A stretch of DNA of 64,000 nucleotides. Source: an uncultured delta proteobacterium (GTDB taxonomy: Bacteria; Myxococcota_A; Polyangia; Fen-1088). Numbering within the stretch: position 1 is the stretch's first letter; each line of letters begins with the position of its first letter. Position numbers and translations under genes: made by a program. The notes under the pieces were generated by a model, which was not told where the DNA came from, did not search any database, and saw nothing but the letters and a program-made list of their open reading frames with translations. Shown here piece by piece: positions 53,018 through 63,545 of the stretch. The stretch covers positions 32,001 to 96,000 of the forward strand of contig CAVTRY010000002.1 in the NCBI GenBank assembly GCA_963737265.1, read 5' to 3'.

Positions 53018-53286
53018 CGGTCGTGGTCCCTTTCGCCTGGCGTAGCCGGGCAGTCTACAACGTCGCGTGCCTTCGCGACAACGCGCGAGGTGCGAACGCG
53101 GACGGTTACTCGCCCGCGTCGGCCCGCGTTAGTGGCGAGCACTGGCGGCCGCGAGGTTTCTTTGTTCGCGGCGTCTTTCGTGTCCGCCCGGTGTGGGCCA
53201 TGCTTCCGGGCACCACCAGCCGAGCGCCGGCTGGTCCTTCATTTCCACCCCCGGCCTACCGATTGAGAACGATAGGAGAATTCGGC

Positions 53287-55731
53287 ATGGATGCGGCCAC
53301 ATGGCTACGCCAGATGGGGGGAGAATCCCAGGTGGAGAAGCGCGCGCAGCTGGCCGAGCTGTGCACCGGGCTCGCCCGATTGGCGACGCTCGACGACTTG
53401 TTGTTCGAGGGCATGGAGCGCGCCGCCGCCTTCCTCGGCGCCGAGCGCGCGGCTGTCTTCATACCCGACCTCGAAAACCAACTGCGCGCCGTCGCCTGGG
53501 TGAGCGATTCGGTGCGAGAGCTGCGCTTGCCGCGCGATCCGACCCACCTCGTCGGATGGTCCTTTACCACGCACGCCCCGGCCAGCGTCCGCAATGTGTG
53601 GGATTTGGCCGAGCTCGTCCGCCTGCACCCGCGCCTGCGTCCCGACGATCGCCTCGACCAGTGGCTCAACCTGCGCCTGCGCTCGGTGATCCTGGCGCCC
53701 CTTCTCGACCGCGAGCAGGTCACCGGGATCTTGCTCGTGGCCAATCGAAGCGACCAGGCCGGCATTTTTTCATCGCGAGACGTGGCTTACGCGATCGAGG
53801 TGGCCAAGGCCGTCGCGGGCAACCTGGGTGCGCAACTCGGCCGGCACACGCCCGCAGCCACCGCAGCGGCCACGACGCCAGCGCCGGCCAAGCGGCTGTC
53901 GGCACCCGTGGAAAGGGTTGCAACCTCGCCGACCCCGATGGAAATCCGGCCCACGGAGCCCATGTCGGTCGTCCCGTACGACCACACGCCTCGACCAACG
54001 ACCAGACAGGCCGGCAAATGGGACCACTTGGTCGAGGCCGGTGTGATGCAGCCCGAGGTGTTGGCCAAGACGCTCGCGTCGGCCGCGGCCTCGGGGACCG
54101 ATCCCGGCCGCTACCTTATCGAAAAGGTCGGCATCGCCCGCGCCGAAGTGGAAAAAGCCGTCTCCGCCTACTACGGCGTCCCCTTCTACAAGTTCTCCGC
54201 CAAACAACAAATCCCGGAGGATCTCCGCCTCCGCCTACGCGTGGAATTTTTGCGCCGGATGTGCGCGGTTCCCATCGAACGGAGCGGCCCCCACCTCATC
54301 GTCGTCATCGACGATCCGCACGACATTCAGCGCGCCGATGCCTTGCGCTCGGTCGAATCCGATCGCGAGGTCGCCATCCAGGTTGGTTTTCGCGACGAAA
54401 TCCTGGCCTGCATCGAGCATTCGTACGGCCTCCGCTCCGACGTCAACGTCTTGCTCAAGGAGCTCTCCACCGACGAGAACACCGGCGCGGTCGACGAGCC
54501 AAGCGAAGACGACGAGGGCGGCGAGGAAGACGAATCGGACAGCGCCATCATCAAGCTGGCCAACCAGATCATCATCGACGCCTACCAGCGCGGCGCCTCG
54601 GATATCCACATCGAGCCCTACGGCAAGGAAGAAAACACCCGCATCCGGTTTCGCATCGACGGCGATTGCATCCCCTACCAAAACATTCCGCCGCTCTTTC
54701 GCAACCCGCTCGTCGCGCGCTTCAAGATCATGGCCCGGCTCGATATCTCGGAGAAGCGCAAACCCCAGGACGGCAAGATCAGGTTCCGCATGCGCGACCG
54801 GACCATCGAATTGCGTGTCGCCACCTTGCCTACGGTGAACGGCAACGAAGACGTGGTCATGCGCATCCTGGCCGCGTCCAAACCCATTCCGCTCGAGGAC
54901 ATGGGCATGAGCGAACGCAACCTGCGCGAGCTCAAAATCATCGTCGCCAAGCCGTACGGGCTCGTGCTGTGCGTGGGACCGACCGGATCGGGCAAGACCA
55001 CCACCCTGCACTCGGCGCTCGGCTCCATCAACACCCTCGACATGAAGATTTGGACCGCCGAGGATCCGGTGGAAATCACCCAGCCCGGCCTGCGCCAGGT
55101 GCAGGTGCAGCCGAAGATCGGTTTCGATTTCGCCGCGGCCATGCGTTCGTTCCTGCGCGCCGACCCTGACGTCATCATGGTCGGCGAAATGCGCGACAAA
55201 GAAACCGCCAGCACCGGCGTCGAAGCCTCGCTCACCGGCCACCTCGTGCTATCGACCCTGCACACCAACAGCGCGCCCGAGACGATTACCCGTCTTGTCG
55301 ACATCGGGCTCGATCCTTTTAGCTTCGCCGACGCTTTGCTGGGCGTGCTGGCGCAACGCCTGGCGCGCGGTCTGTGCAAGAAGTGCCGCGAGCAGTACCT
55401 GGCCAGCAAGGACGAGGTCGCCGAGATGGTTCAGGCCTTCGGCGCCGAGGCCGCGGCCGCGCGCGGGATTGGCGTGGGAGAGTGCAGGTTATGGCGCGCC
55501 CCCGGTTGCGAGATGTGTGGCAAGACCGGCTACAAGGGCCGCATCGCCCTGCACGAGCTGCTCATCGCCGACGAAGGCATCAAGCGCGCCATCGCCAAAC
55601 GCTCTCCCGTCGAGGAAGTGCGCCAGCTCGCCATCGCCGGCGGCATGACCACCCTGCTTCAGGACGGCATCGAGAAAGCCATTGCCGGCAAGACCGACCT
55701 CAAGCAAGTGCTGGCCGTTTGCCTGCGCTAG
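53287..55731 (+). CDS. GAF-domain PilB/GspE-family secretion/pilus ATPase
   Basis: ASDIHIEP, GPTGSGKT, DPDVIMVGE, GHLVLSTLH and CxxC/CxxC motifs; N-terminal GAF (SVILAPL, F..RD). Confidence 0.92.
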   Translation: MDAATWLRQMGGESQVEKRAQLAELCTGLARLATLDDLLFEGMERAAAFLGAERAAVFIPDLENQLRAVAWVSDSVRELRLPRDPTHLVGWSFTTHAPASVRNVWDLAELVRLHPRLRPDDRLDQWLNLRLRSVILAPLLDREQVTGILLVANRSDQAGIFSSRDVAYAIEVAKAVAGNLGAQLGRHTPAATAAATTPAPAKRLSAPVERVATSPTPMEIRPTEPMSVVPYDHTPRPTTRQAGKWDHLVEAGVMQPEVLAKTLASAAASGTDPGRYLIEKVGIARAEVEKAVSAYYGVPFYKFSAKQQIPEDLRLRLRVEFLRRMCAVPIERSGPHLIVVIDDPHDIQRADALRSVESDREVAIQVGFRDEILACIEHSYGLRSDVNVLLKELSTDENTGAVDEPSEDDEGGEEDESDSAIIKLANQIIIDAYQRGASDIHIEPYGKEENTRIRFRIDGDCIPYQNIPPLFRNPLVARFKIMARLDISEKRKPQDGKIRFRMRDRTIELRVATLPTVNGNEDVVMRILAASKPIPLEDMGMSERNLRELKIIVAKPYGLVLCVGPTGSGKTTTLHSALGSINTLDMKIWTAEDPVEITQPGLRQVQVQPKIGFDFAAAMRSFLRADPDVIMVGEMRDKETASTGVEASLTGHLVLSTLHTNSAPETITRLVDIGLDPFSFADALLGVLAQRLARGLCKKCREQYLASKDEVAEMVQAFGAEAAAARGIGVGECRLWRAPGCEMCGKTGYKGRIALHELLIADEGIKRAIAKRSPVEEVRQLAIAGGMTTLLQDGIEKAIAGKTDLKQVLAVCLR

Positions 55732-58700
55732 CGCAGCTGATCCAAAAGAGCGCGGGCTTCTTCGAGGTTGGCATCCTCTTGCAGCGCCCGCTTGACGAAG
55801 ATGATGGCGCGCGAGCGATCCTTCGCCCGGTGGGCGATGCGCGCCTGGCGCAAGTACGCCAGGCCGACGACCTTGGCGTCCTTGATGGGGCTGGCGGCCA
55901 CGACGCGCAGGGCGCGCAGGGCAAGCTCGTCGTCGCCGATGGACTCGGCGAGATCGGCCAGCTCGTTGGCGATGGCGACGCTCTTGCGATCGGTGTCGAG
56001 GGCCTTTTTGAGCGCCTGAAGCTGGCCGTCCCGATCGCCGGTGGCGGCCGCGATTTTGGACTGGCGGCGGTACAAGGCGCCCAGTTCCTCCGGCTTCATG
56101 GTCTTCGCGTCGGCGAAAAGCTCGGTGAGAACCGCAGACGCCCGTTCGAGCGTGCCCGCGGCGACGTAGGCGTCGAAAAGCAGCGCCCGTGTCGTGCGAT
56201 CCGCGGCCGGAAACGCCAGCGATTTTTCCAGTGCCAGCGCAGCGTCCGCGCCTTGTCCGGCAGCCAGCAATGCCTGTCCAATTTGCACCAAGAGGCGGAA
56301 ACGCTCGTTCTCGTCCGGCTCGCTGTCGGCCATAAGGTAGCGTAGGCGAGCCGACTCGACCATATTGCCGGTCGTTTCGTAAAGCCCGGCCAGGCGCGCT
56401 TGCAGCTCGCGATGGCCCGGCACGTGGGCGAGCACACCCGAAAGCCAGGGAATGGCCTCTTCAGCGCGACCGAGCTTCTCGCACGCGGCGGTCAGAGCCA
56501 AAGCCGCCTGGGCCTTGGCTTCGCCCTCTTCCAGGTGCACGAGGCGCGCCCACACGTTGGCGGCCGATTCCCACCGCCCGCTGGCGGTGAAGATGTCGCG
56601 CATCTGGTGGAGAACCTCTCGATCATCGGGGCACGATTCGATCCAACGGAACAGCACCTCGTCCGCCTGGGTATCGTCGCCGCCCCGGCGCAAAATCTCG
56701 ACCAGGCGCAGCGAGGCCGCACGGGCACTCGTCCGATCCCCGGCGCTGGCAGCACGGCCCGCCACGCGGGACAGGGCCGCGGCCAGGTCGGCGCTTGCAT
56801 CGGCGGCGCCGAGAGACATCGCCTCTTCAAGGTCGCGTACCGCCGCCTCGTCGTCGTGCTGCCGCGCCGATAGATCGGCCCGCAAGCGCAGAAGTCCGAT
56901 GCGCATCGACGGGCTGACGGCCGTGGCCAGGATTTCGCCCGCGGCCGCCACCGCGAGTGCGGGATCTCCGGCTTCGACGAACGAGTCGCAAAGCTCGCGC
57001 ACCAAATCGAAGTCGGACGGATCGATCTGCACCGCCTGGCGCAGGGTCTGCGCCGCGGCTTTGACGTCGCCGAGCTTGTTGCGCTGAAGGTGGGCCACCT
57101 TGCGGTAAAGCCGCGTGGCCTTGCCGACATCCAAAAGCCGACCCGCTTCCTGGCCAAGCAGCGCCGCCGCATCCGCCCACTTCTCGCGCTGGGTATAGAA
57201 CTTGCCGAGCTGCTCAAATATATCCGCGTTGTCGGGTGCGCGCTCGTGCCCCAGGCAAAGTGCGCGCTCCGCGCCTGAATCGTCGTTGATCTGCAGGCGC
57301 AGCTCGAACAGCGCAAGCGCCTGCGCCGCGGCGGTTTCGCCGCTTTCGCCGAGCAAAATTTCTTCGCACAGGGCGGCCCGCTCGGCGGCCTCGCCATCGC
57401 CGGTGAGCAGCTCGACCAGCGACTGTTGCAGCGAGCGCTTGGCGGTCGCGTCGGGCAGCGAGGTCGCCAGCGCCGAGCGGTACACCTCCTTGGCCTGGGC
57501 CGGATCGGCCTTCTTCACCAAGTCGCCAAGCCGGCGCGCCAAGGTGGCCCGGCCCGCGCCGGACGCGGCACCTTCCCCGCTCGACAGAGCGTCCGAGAGC
57601 AGGGTCACGGCTTCGCCGACATCGCCACGTTCTTCGTAGACATCGGCCAGTAAAGCGAGCGCTTGCGAATGTCCGGGCTCTTCGAGAAGCACGTCGCGCA
57701 GAGCCGCGGACACGGTTTCCCCGGCATCACCGCTGGCGAGCAGGAATCGCGCCCACGCCATGCGAACCGCGCTGCGATCCCCGCGGCTCATGAGCTTGGC
57801 GGCCAAGTCTTGCACCAGTCCTTCGAGCGCGCCGCGGTTGCCCTGCCGAGCCCACAGGTCGAGCAGCGGTTCCCACACCTCGCGATCGGTGGGATAGACC
57901 ACGCGCAGATGGTCGAGCAACTGCGCCGCCACGGCAACGCAGTCGTTGCTGGCGGCGGCCACCTTGGCGGTTTCGCGCACGAGCGGTGTGAGACGCGGAT
58001 TGGCCCATTCGGCCCGCACGTCCTCGAGCACGCGCGCGGCGCCAGCCAGATCGCCGCGGGCACGCAACCGGCGCGACAGATCGATCACCGCCCAAACCCC
58101 CTCATGCAAACCACCACTCGACTGCCGTGCAATCTCGATGGCGTGCGCGAGCATGCGCTCGGCCCGTTCGCCCTCGCCCAGCGATACCGCCAGCTCGACG
58201 CCCTCGCGAACCTCGCCAAGCTGCGCGCCCGGCAGGGCGGCACGCCGGTCGAGAAAGTCGAGCAAGACGCGGTCGTCGCCCGATGCGCGCGCAACCTTTT
58301 CGTACACCGGCAGAACGCGCACGAGCGCGGTGTCGGGAACGTGTGCGTTTTGCACGATGGATGTCGCCCGTGGCAAGTCGGGCAAGATCTCCATCGCCTG
58401 CGCCAGGGCATCGAGGCCCTCGTCGCGCGTCTCCCCCTGCGCGACCTGCGCTTCCGCCAGGCGATAGGAGAGGTCGGCCTTCTCGGTGTTCGCGATGGCA
58501 GCCTGGATCAGTCGGCGAAGTCCAGCCACCGCCCGCTTGAATTCAGCGGAGTCACCGGTCGCGGACGCCACCCGCGCGAGGGCACCCAGCGCCTCGGCGC
58601 CGCGGCAGTTGGTTTGCTCGGCACGGCGAAGATAGGCAACGGCCTTATCGAGAAGGCGGAGATCCTTCTCGGCCACATCCGCCGCGCGCAGCAGAAGATC

Positions 58701-61700
58701 GGCCAAGCAGGGTCCGTCGTCGGCACGACGAAGCTTCTCCGCAGCGCCGTTCACGGCATCGAGATACGCGTCCGCCTTGCCGAGCCGGAACGCTATACCG
58801 CGCGCCAGGGTGTGGGCTTCGGCGCTGTCGGGCACCTTGGCCAGGATTTCCAGCAGGACGGACAGCCCCTCGTTGGCGCGACCTATCTTCTCCAACACGC
58901 TAGCAAGCTCGCACACCACCAGCGCCTCGTCGCTCGCGTGGACCGCCGAGGTTCGCCGCTTGGCGAGCAAAGCGAGCAGGGTTTCGTTGTCTCCGTCGGC
59001 GAGCAGCGCGGCCTGGATCCGCCGCGCTTCGACGGGATCGTGCAGGGCGCGCGCGATCGCCGATTCCAGATTTTCGGCCGCTTGCGGCTGCTGGCCTTGG
59101 GCGAGCGCGAGCCGGCGCAGGCGCACCAGCACCTCGCCGGCGGTGATGGCGGCGCCGTCGCCGCGACCTCGGCGCGCCAGCACCAGCAGGGCACGGTAGG
59201 CCTTCTCCGCGCGTTCGATTTCGCCGCGCTCTTCGGCCACCTCCGCCAGCGCCAGCTGCACGTCGATGTTGTCGAGCAAGACCGCCGCGGCCTGGTCGAG
59301 GTGTTTAGCCGCGAGATCGAGCGCCTTTTCCACGCGCGCCACCATGGCGATCTGTAGGTGCAACCCGGCGCGTTCGCGCGACTGCCGGCGACCGTATTCC
59401 TCAAGCAGTCCTTCGAGGACCGCCCGCGCGTCGGCGTGGCGCCCGGATGCGCGCAGCCCGTCGGCCAGGGCGAGGCGCAGACTCCGCTCTCCCGGCGCCA
59501 GGGCGACCGCCCGTTCCAGCGCCGGCACCGCCCGCGCCGGATCCTTGAGTCGGTCCCGACAAAGCACGAGAACTTCGTGCGCGCTCGCCACCACCGCGTC
59601 CGGATCTTCCGCATGGGCGCACCAAGCGGACAAGACACGCACCAAGGCCTCGTCGTGGTGCGCTTCGCGATGCAGGCGCGCCAGCATGGTCCACAGCTCG
59701 GCTGCCGTAGGATCTTCGCCCAAGGCGCGTTCGAGCGCGGCCACCGCGCGATGACGTTGCCCACCGTCGAGATAGGTCGCGGCGAGCTTGGCCACGGCCT
59801 GCCGCTTCTCGGCGGGTGCGCCGGTCGACATGCGCTGCTCGAGCCAGGACGCGGCGGTCAGTGGCTCACCAGCTGTTTCGTAAAGTCGCGCCAGCGCTTC
59901 CATGGCGGCTGGATCTGCGGCCAGGGCCGCCACCTTCTCGTAAGCGCCGATGGCCCGCGCTTCGTCGCCTAGCGGCTTCTCGAAAATCGCGGCCGCCTGA
60001 CTCCACAGATTGGCCGCCGGCAAACTGTCGTTCTGCTCTTCCAGTTTGCGTGCTTGAGCGACCAGGATGTCGGCCAGCTCGGCGTGGCGGCCGCGCGATC
60101 GCAACAGCGTCCCGAGCGCGCTCAGCGTGGCGGCGTGCCCAGGGGTTTCCTCCAGATTGGCGAGCAGGATTTGGAGCCGGCCGGTGCGGCTCTCGATGAT
60201 CTCGCCCAAGCGGGCGATGTCGAGACGAAGAAAAAGGCGATCGTCGGAGCTGGCCGCGTCGTCGAGCTCGCGCCGGCGCAGGGTAAGAAGGTCGCTGAGC
60301 TGGTCGCCTTCTTCGTACAAACGGGCCAGCGCCTTGGCCGCGCTGCGATTCTTCGGGTCTTGGTCCACCGTCTGACGAAGCAGCTCGCGAGCGAGCTTCT
60401 TGTCGACGTCCATGGCCAACTCGCCGGCTCTTGCTCGCAGCGACTGCGCAAGGTCGGCGGCGACGGGCAGACGGCTGGCTTCCAGTAAAAAATCCACTGC
60501 CCGCCGAACATCGGCCTTGTCGCGGCTCGCGCCGAGTATGTCCGCCAGCCCTTGCGTCGCTCGCACCAATCCCTCGGCCGCGGCCGTCTTGCCCAAGGCG
60601 GCCTGTCCGGCACGCAGCAGGCCGGAGGAGCGCTCGAACAACGTCGTGAGTGCCGCACGTGCAAGACCCGTGTCCTTCTTGTCGCGTTCGGCGACATCCA
60701 AGGCCTCGACGATGGCATCGAGCTCGCGTGGCGCGAGCACCGCGATCTGCGTGAGCGTTTCGTACAGCGCTTTGCCGCCGCGACCGCGCTGCGCCTCGGC
60801 CAAGCGGCGCAGGGTCGGCAAGTGCGACGGTTCGTAGTCGCGCGCGCGCACCAGGGCGCGCTCCCGCCAGCCCGCCGCCTTTTCCGGTGCCACCGCATAG
60901 CCGGCAATGCGCTCCTCGAGGGTGCGTCCGACCGTGACAGGCACGCCGGCCTTGGCTGCGAACGTGGCCGATAGCGTCTTGCCAAGCAGGCGCAGGCTGC
61001 CAGGCGGTTCGGCGGCTGCGGCCGCTGCTTGCTCCATCAGTGGCAGGAAATCGGCGAGCAGCGCGCCAGGCTCGAAGGGTTCGGCCAGCGCAGCGTCGAC
61101 CGCGGTCTGCCAGACCCCGAGCTCGCTGGCCAGGCGCACGACCCCAAGCCGCACGCTTCGCACCGTCGGCGCAGCCGCGAATGCCTGCTCGAAACACGCC
61201 AGCGCGGCGGCCTTATCAGCGACCTTGTCGGCCAACAGCCGTCCGGCCGAGAGCAGCAGATGGACCTTGCGATTGGTATCGAGCGACGGTGCAGCACTGG
61301 CCTGCTGGAGGGTGCGCGCCGCAAGACCGAAATCCCCGGTGGCCTCGGCCAGCCGAAGCATCGCGGCCTCGGTCTCGGCATCGTCGGGACGAAGCCACAG
61401 CACCGTGCAATGGTGGGCCAGCGCTTCTTTCGGGCGCTGCCCGCGCTTCTCTTCGAGCATGGCGGCCTCGGCGTGCAGACGCGCGCGTTCGTCGTCGCCG
61501 GTCGCCAAAGCCAAACGATGGGGAAGGATCGCCAGCAAGCCTTGCCAATCGTCGCTGGCGGCCGAGCAGCGCACCAGTCCCTCGACCGCCGCGGCTTGCG
61601 TGGTCTCGTCCTCGGCCAGCGCGAGCAAGGCGTCGCGCAGGCCATGGGCGTGCGGATCGGCGGCCAACGCGCGGCCGTACCAAGCCGCTGCGCCCTTAGC

Positions 61701-63545
61701 GTCGGCAAGCTGCGTGCGACACGCATCGCCCAGGCGAACGAAGAGAGCCACCAGCTCGCCGTGCAGGCGGTCGCCCACTTGCGTTCCCAGGCCGAGAAGA
61801 TCTTGCCAACGCCCGGCTTGCGCGAAGAGATCGAGGATCGCCGTCACCGCCTCGGCGTCGCCGGCGGATCGTTCGAGAATCTTGCCGAGCGCCGCAATGG
61901 CCTTGGCCGGATCGCCGTGGCGGTCGCGCTCGATCTCGGCGATGCGCAACCAATCCGCGCGCCGCTGGATCCAGGATACGTCGGCGCCCGCGCGGCGGGC
62001 CAGCGCAACCACCAACTCGGGCCAGCGCTGGGCGCCTTCGAGAATTTCGATGGTGCGCGCCAGGGCTTTGCGGTCGCTGGCGTCAGCCGCCAGGCGCTTT
62101 TCCCACAGACCGAGCGCGCGATCGACCTGACCGCGCGTGTAGGCCAGCTCCGCGGCCTCGCCTAGAAGTCCGCGGCGCATGCCGGGGGTCGCCTCCAAAC
62201 CGGCCTGACGTTCGAGCAGGTCCAGTCGTTCCTCGGCGCTGCCCTCATCGGTAAGCAGGGCGGCCAGCTTGCGCATGGCCGTGAGCATCTGTTCGGGTGG
62301 GGCGGCGCTGCTTGCCAGCGTCTGGCGATAGAAAGCGATGGCGGCAGCGGTTCCGCCCGATCGCGTTTCCTCGATGTGGGCGGCTTCGAGCCACAGGGCT
62401 ACTTGCAGTCGTGGATCGGTCGTTGCGGTCGCCGCGGCGGACAGGCCGCGCACGTATGCCTCGGGCGCGGCAGTGACTTCGGCCAGGAACTTGAGACGCG
62501 CGCGGGTCGCGGTTTCCTCGGGCTTAAACGCCACCAACTCGACCAGATGCTCGCGCGCCGCCACCAGGTCACCGGTACGTTCGAGCATGTCCGCGGCCTC
62601 GCCGACGAGGACGCGCGTTTCGTCGGGAGTGGCGAAGGTCAAAGCCACGCGCAACGCCGCCACCACGCGGTCGGGCCGTCCCTGCTGAAGATGTCGCGCC
62701 CGCAACATTGCGAGGGCGCGGCGGCGCAGGTCGTGCGGCAGTGTCTCGTCGCCCAGGATTTTTTCGGCCAGCGCGCAGGCCACGCGATCGTCGGCCAGCG
62801 CCGGCGAGACCAGCAGCTTGTCCACCTCGTCGAGGACTTTGTCCGGTTGGCCCAGACGATCGAGGTAGAGCCCGGCCAGCCGCTGCCGCAAATCGACGGC
62901 GTCGTGTCCCGCGGCCAACCCCAGTCGCTTGGCAAGAACCGCCGCCAAAGCAGCGAAGTCACCCAATTTTTCCAGCAGGCGTTCGAGCTCGGAAGCGACT
63001 TCGGCGGTCCCTGGCGTGGCCTCGAACAGCCGGCGCAAATAGCTGGCGGCGCGCGCGCTGTCGCCGGAGTCCCGCGCCACAGTGGCCGCTTCCTGGAGCA
63101 GGCGGCGGAAGCGCGGACCGTCGGCGAGCCCGGCCAGAATTCGGTCGTACACGGCGAGCAACTCGGCCCACTGCTCGCCAACCGACAACAGAATGGTCAG
63201 CCGTTCGATTGCCCAGTCCGCGGCCGGGTCGAGCTCAAGAATGTTGTCGAGAAATTCGACGATGGTCGCGGTCTCGCCAGCGTACCAGTCCTCGACGAAG
63301 CGCAGGCCGCGCTGGCCGAGGTTGGTGGCGAGCTCCGGCGACGGCGCGGACGCAAGTGCTTTGCGGTAGGCCGCCGCCACGTCGTCGGGTTTCTGCGTCT
63401 CGGCTGCGATGGCCTCGAGCTCGTCCCAAACCTCCAGATCGTTGGGATCGGCCTTTGCCTTCTTCAAGACTGCCTTCAGCTTTTCGGAGGAACCCTTTTC
63501 GGAATCAGCAGATCGCGAACCCGTGGCACTGGAATCCCGCTTCAT
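55728..63545 (-). CDS. Giant TPR/alpha-solenoid protein (~2600 aa), myxobacterial type
   Basis: Uninterrupted ORF of Ala/Leu/Arg/Glu helical repeats (A...DP, W..L motifs); SD GAGGGG before ATG 63545. Confidence 0.85.
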   Translation of the reverse strand: MKRDSSATGSRSADSEKGSSEKLKAVLKKAKADPNDLEVWDELEAIAAETQKPDDVAAAYRKALASAPSPELATNLGQRGLRFVEDWYAGETATIVEFLDNILELDPAADWAIERLTILLSVGEQWAELLAVYDRILAGLADGPRFRRLLQEAATVARDSGDSARAASYLRRLFEATPGTAEVASELERLLEKLGDFAALAAVLAKRLGLAAGHDAVDLRQRLAGLYLDRLGQPDKVLDEVDKLLVSPALADDRVACALAEKILGDETLPHDLRRRALAMLRARHLQQGRPDRVVAALRVALTFATPDETRVLVGEAADMLERTGDLVAAREHLVELVAFKPEETATRARLKFLAEVTAAPEAYVRGLSAAATATTDPRLQVALWLEAAHIEETRSGGTAAAIAFYRQTLASSAAPPEQMLTAMRKLAALLTDEGSAEERLDLLERQAGLEATPGMRRGLLGEAAELAYTRGQVDRALGLWEKRLAADASDRKALARTIEILEGAQRWPELVVALARRAGADVSWIQRRADWLRIAEIERDRHGDPAKAIAALGKILERSAGDAEAVTAILDLFAQAGRWQDLLGLGTQVGDRLHGELVALFVRLGDACRTQLADAKGAAAWYGRALAADPHAHGLRDALLALAEDETTQAAAVEGLVRCSAASDDWQGLLAILPHRLALATGDDERARLHAEAAMLEEKRGQRPKEALAHHCTVLWLRPDDAETEAAMLRLAEATGDFGLAARTLQQASAAPSLDTNRKVHLLLSAGRLLADKVADKAAALACFEQAFAAAPTVRSVRLGVVRLASELGVWQTAVDAALAEPFEPGALLADFLPLMEQAAAAAAEPPGSLRLLGKTLSATFAAKAGVPVTVGRTLEERIAGYAVAPEKAAGWRERALVRARDYEPSHLPTLRRLAEAQRGRGGKALYETLTQIAVLAPRELDAIVEALDVAERDKKDTGLARAALTTLFERSSGLLRAGQAALGKTAAAEGLVRATQGLADILGASRDKADVRRAVDFLLEASRLPVAADLAQSLRARAGELAMDVDKKLARELLRQTVDQDPKNRSAAKALARLYEEGDQLSDLLTLRRRELDDAASSDDRLFLRLDIARLGEIIESRTGRLQILLANLEETPGHAATLSALGTLLRSRGRHAELADILVAQARKLEEQNDSLPAANLWSQAAAIFEKPLGDEARAIGAYEKVAALAADPAAMEALARLYETAGEPLTAASWLEQRMSTGAPAEKRQAVAKLAATYLDGGQRHRAVAALERALGEDPTAAELWTMLARLHREAHHDEALVRVLSAWCAHAEDPDAVVASAHEVLVLCRDRLKDPARAVPALERAVALAPGERSLRLALADGLRASGRHADARAVLEGLLEEYGRRQSRERAGLHLQIAMVARVEKALDLAAKHLDQAAAVLLDNIDVQLALAEVAEERGEIERAEKAYRALLVLARRGRGDGAAITAGEVLVRLRRLALAQGQQPQAAENLESAIARALHDPVEARRIQAALLADGDNETLLALLAKRRTSAVHASDEALVVCELASVLEKIGRANEGLSVLLEILAKVPDSAEAHTLARGIAFRLGKADAYLDAVNGAAEKLRRADDGPCLADLLLRAADVAEKDLRLLDKAVAYLRRAEQTNCRGAEALGALARVASATGDSAEFKRAVAGLRRLIQAAIANTEKADLSYRLAEAQVAQGETRDEGLDALAQAMEILPDLPRATSIVQNAHVPDTALVRVLPVYEKVARASGDDRVLLDFLDRRAALPGAQLGEVREGVELAVSLGEGERAERMLAHAIEIARQSSGGLHEGVWAVIDLSRRLRARGDLAGAARVLEDVRAEWANPRLTPLVRETAKVAAASNDCVAVAAQLLDHLRVVYPTDREVWEPLLDLWARQGNRGALEGLVQDLAAKLMSRGDRSAVRMAWARFLLASGDAGETVSAALRDVLLEEPGHSQALALLADVYEERGDVGEAVTLLSDALSSGEGAASGAGRATLARRLGDLVKKADPAQAKEVYRSALATSLPDATAKRSLQQSLVELLTGDGEAAERAALCEEILLGESGETAAAQALALFELRLQINDDSGAERALCLGHERAPDNADIFEQLGKFYTQREKWADAAALLGQEAGRLLDVGKATRLYRKVAHLQRNKLGDVKAAAQTLRQAVQIDPSDFDLVRELCDSFVEAGDPALAVAAAGEILATAVSPSMRIGLLRLRADLSARQHDDEAAVRDLEEAMSLGAADASADLAAALSRVAGRAASAGDRTSARAASLRLVEILRRGGDDTQADEVLFRWIESCPDDREVLHQMRDIFTASGRWESAANVWARLVHLEEGEAKAQAALALTAACEKLGRAEEAIPWLSGVLAHVPGHRELQARLAGLYETTGNMVESARLRYLMADSEPDENERFRLLVQIGQALLAAGQGADAALALEKSLAFPAADRTTRALLFDAYVAAGTLERASAVLTELFADAKTMKPEELGALYRRQSKIAAATGDRDGQLQALKKALDTDRKSVAIANELADLAESIGDDELALRALRVVAASPIKDAKVVGLAYLRQARIAHRAKDRSRAIIFVKRALQEDANLEEARALLDQLR

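Noticed and set aside
52924-53286. N-terminal extension of the PilB ATPase
   Set aside because: Overlaps the divergent response regulator; ATG 53287 has an SD (AGGAG).
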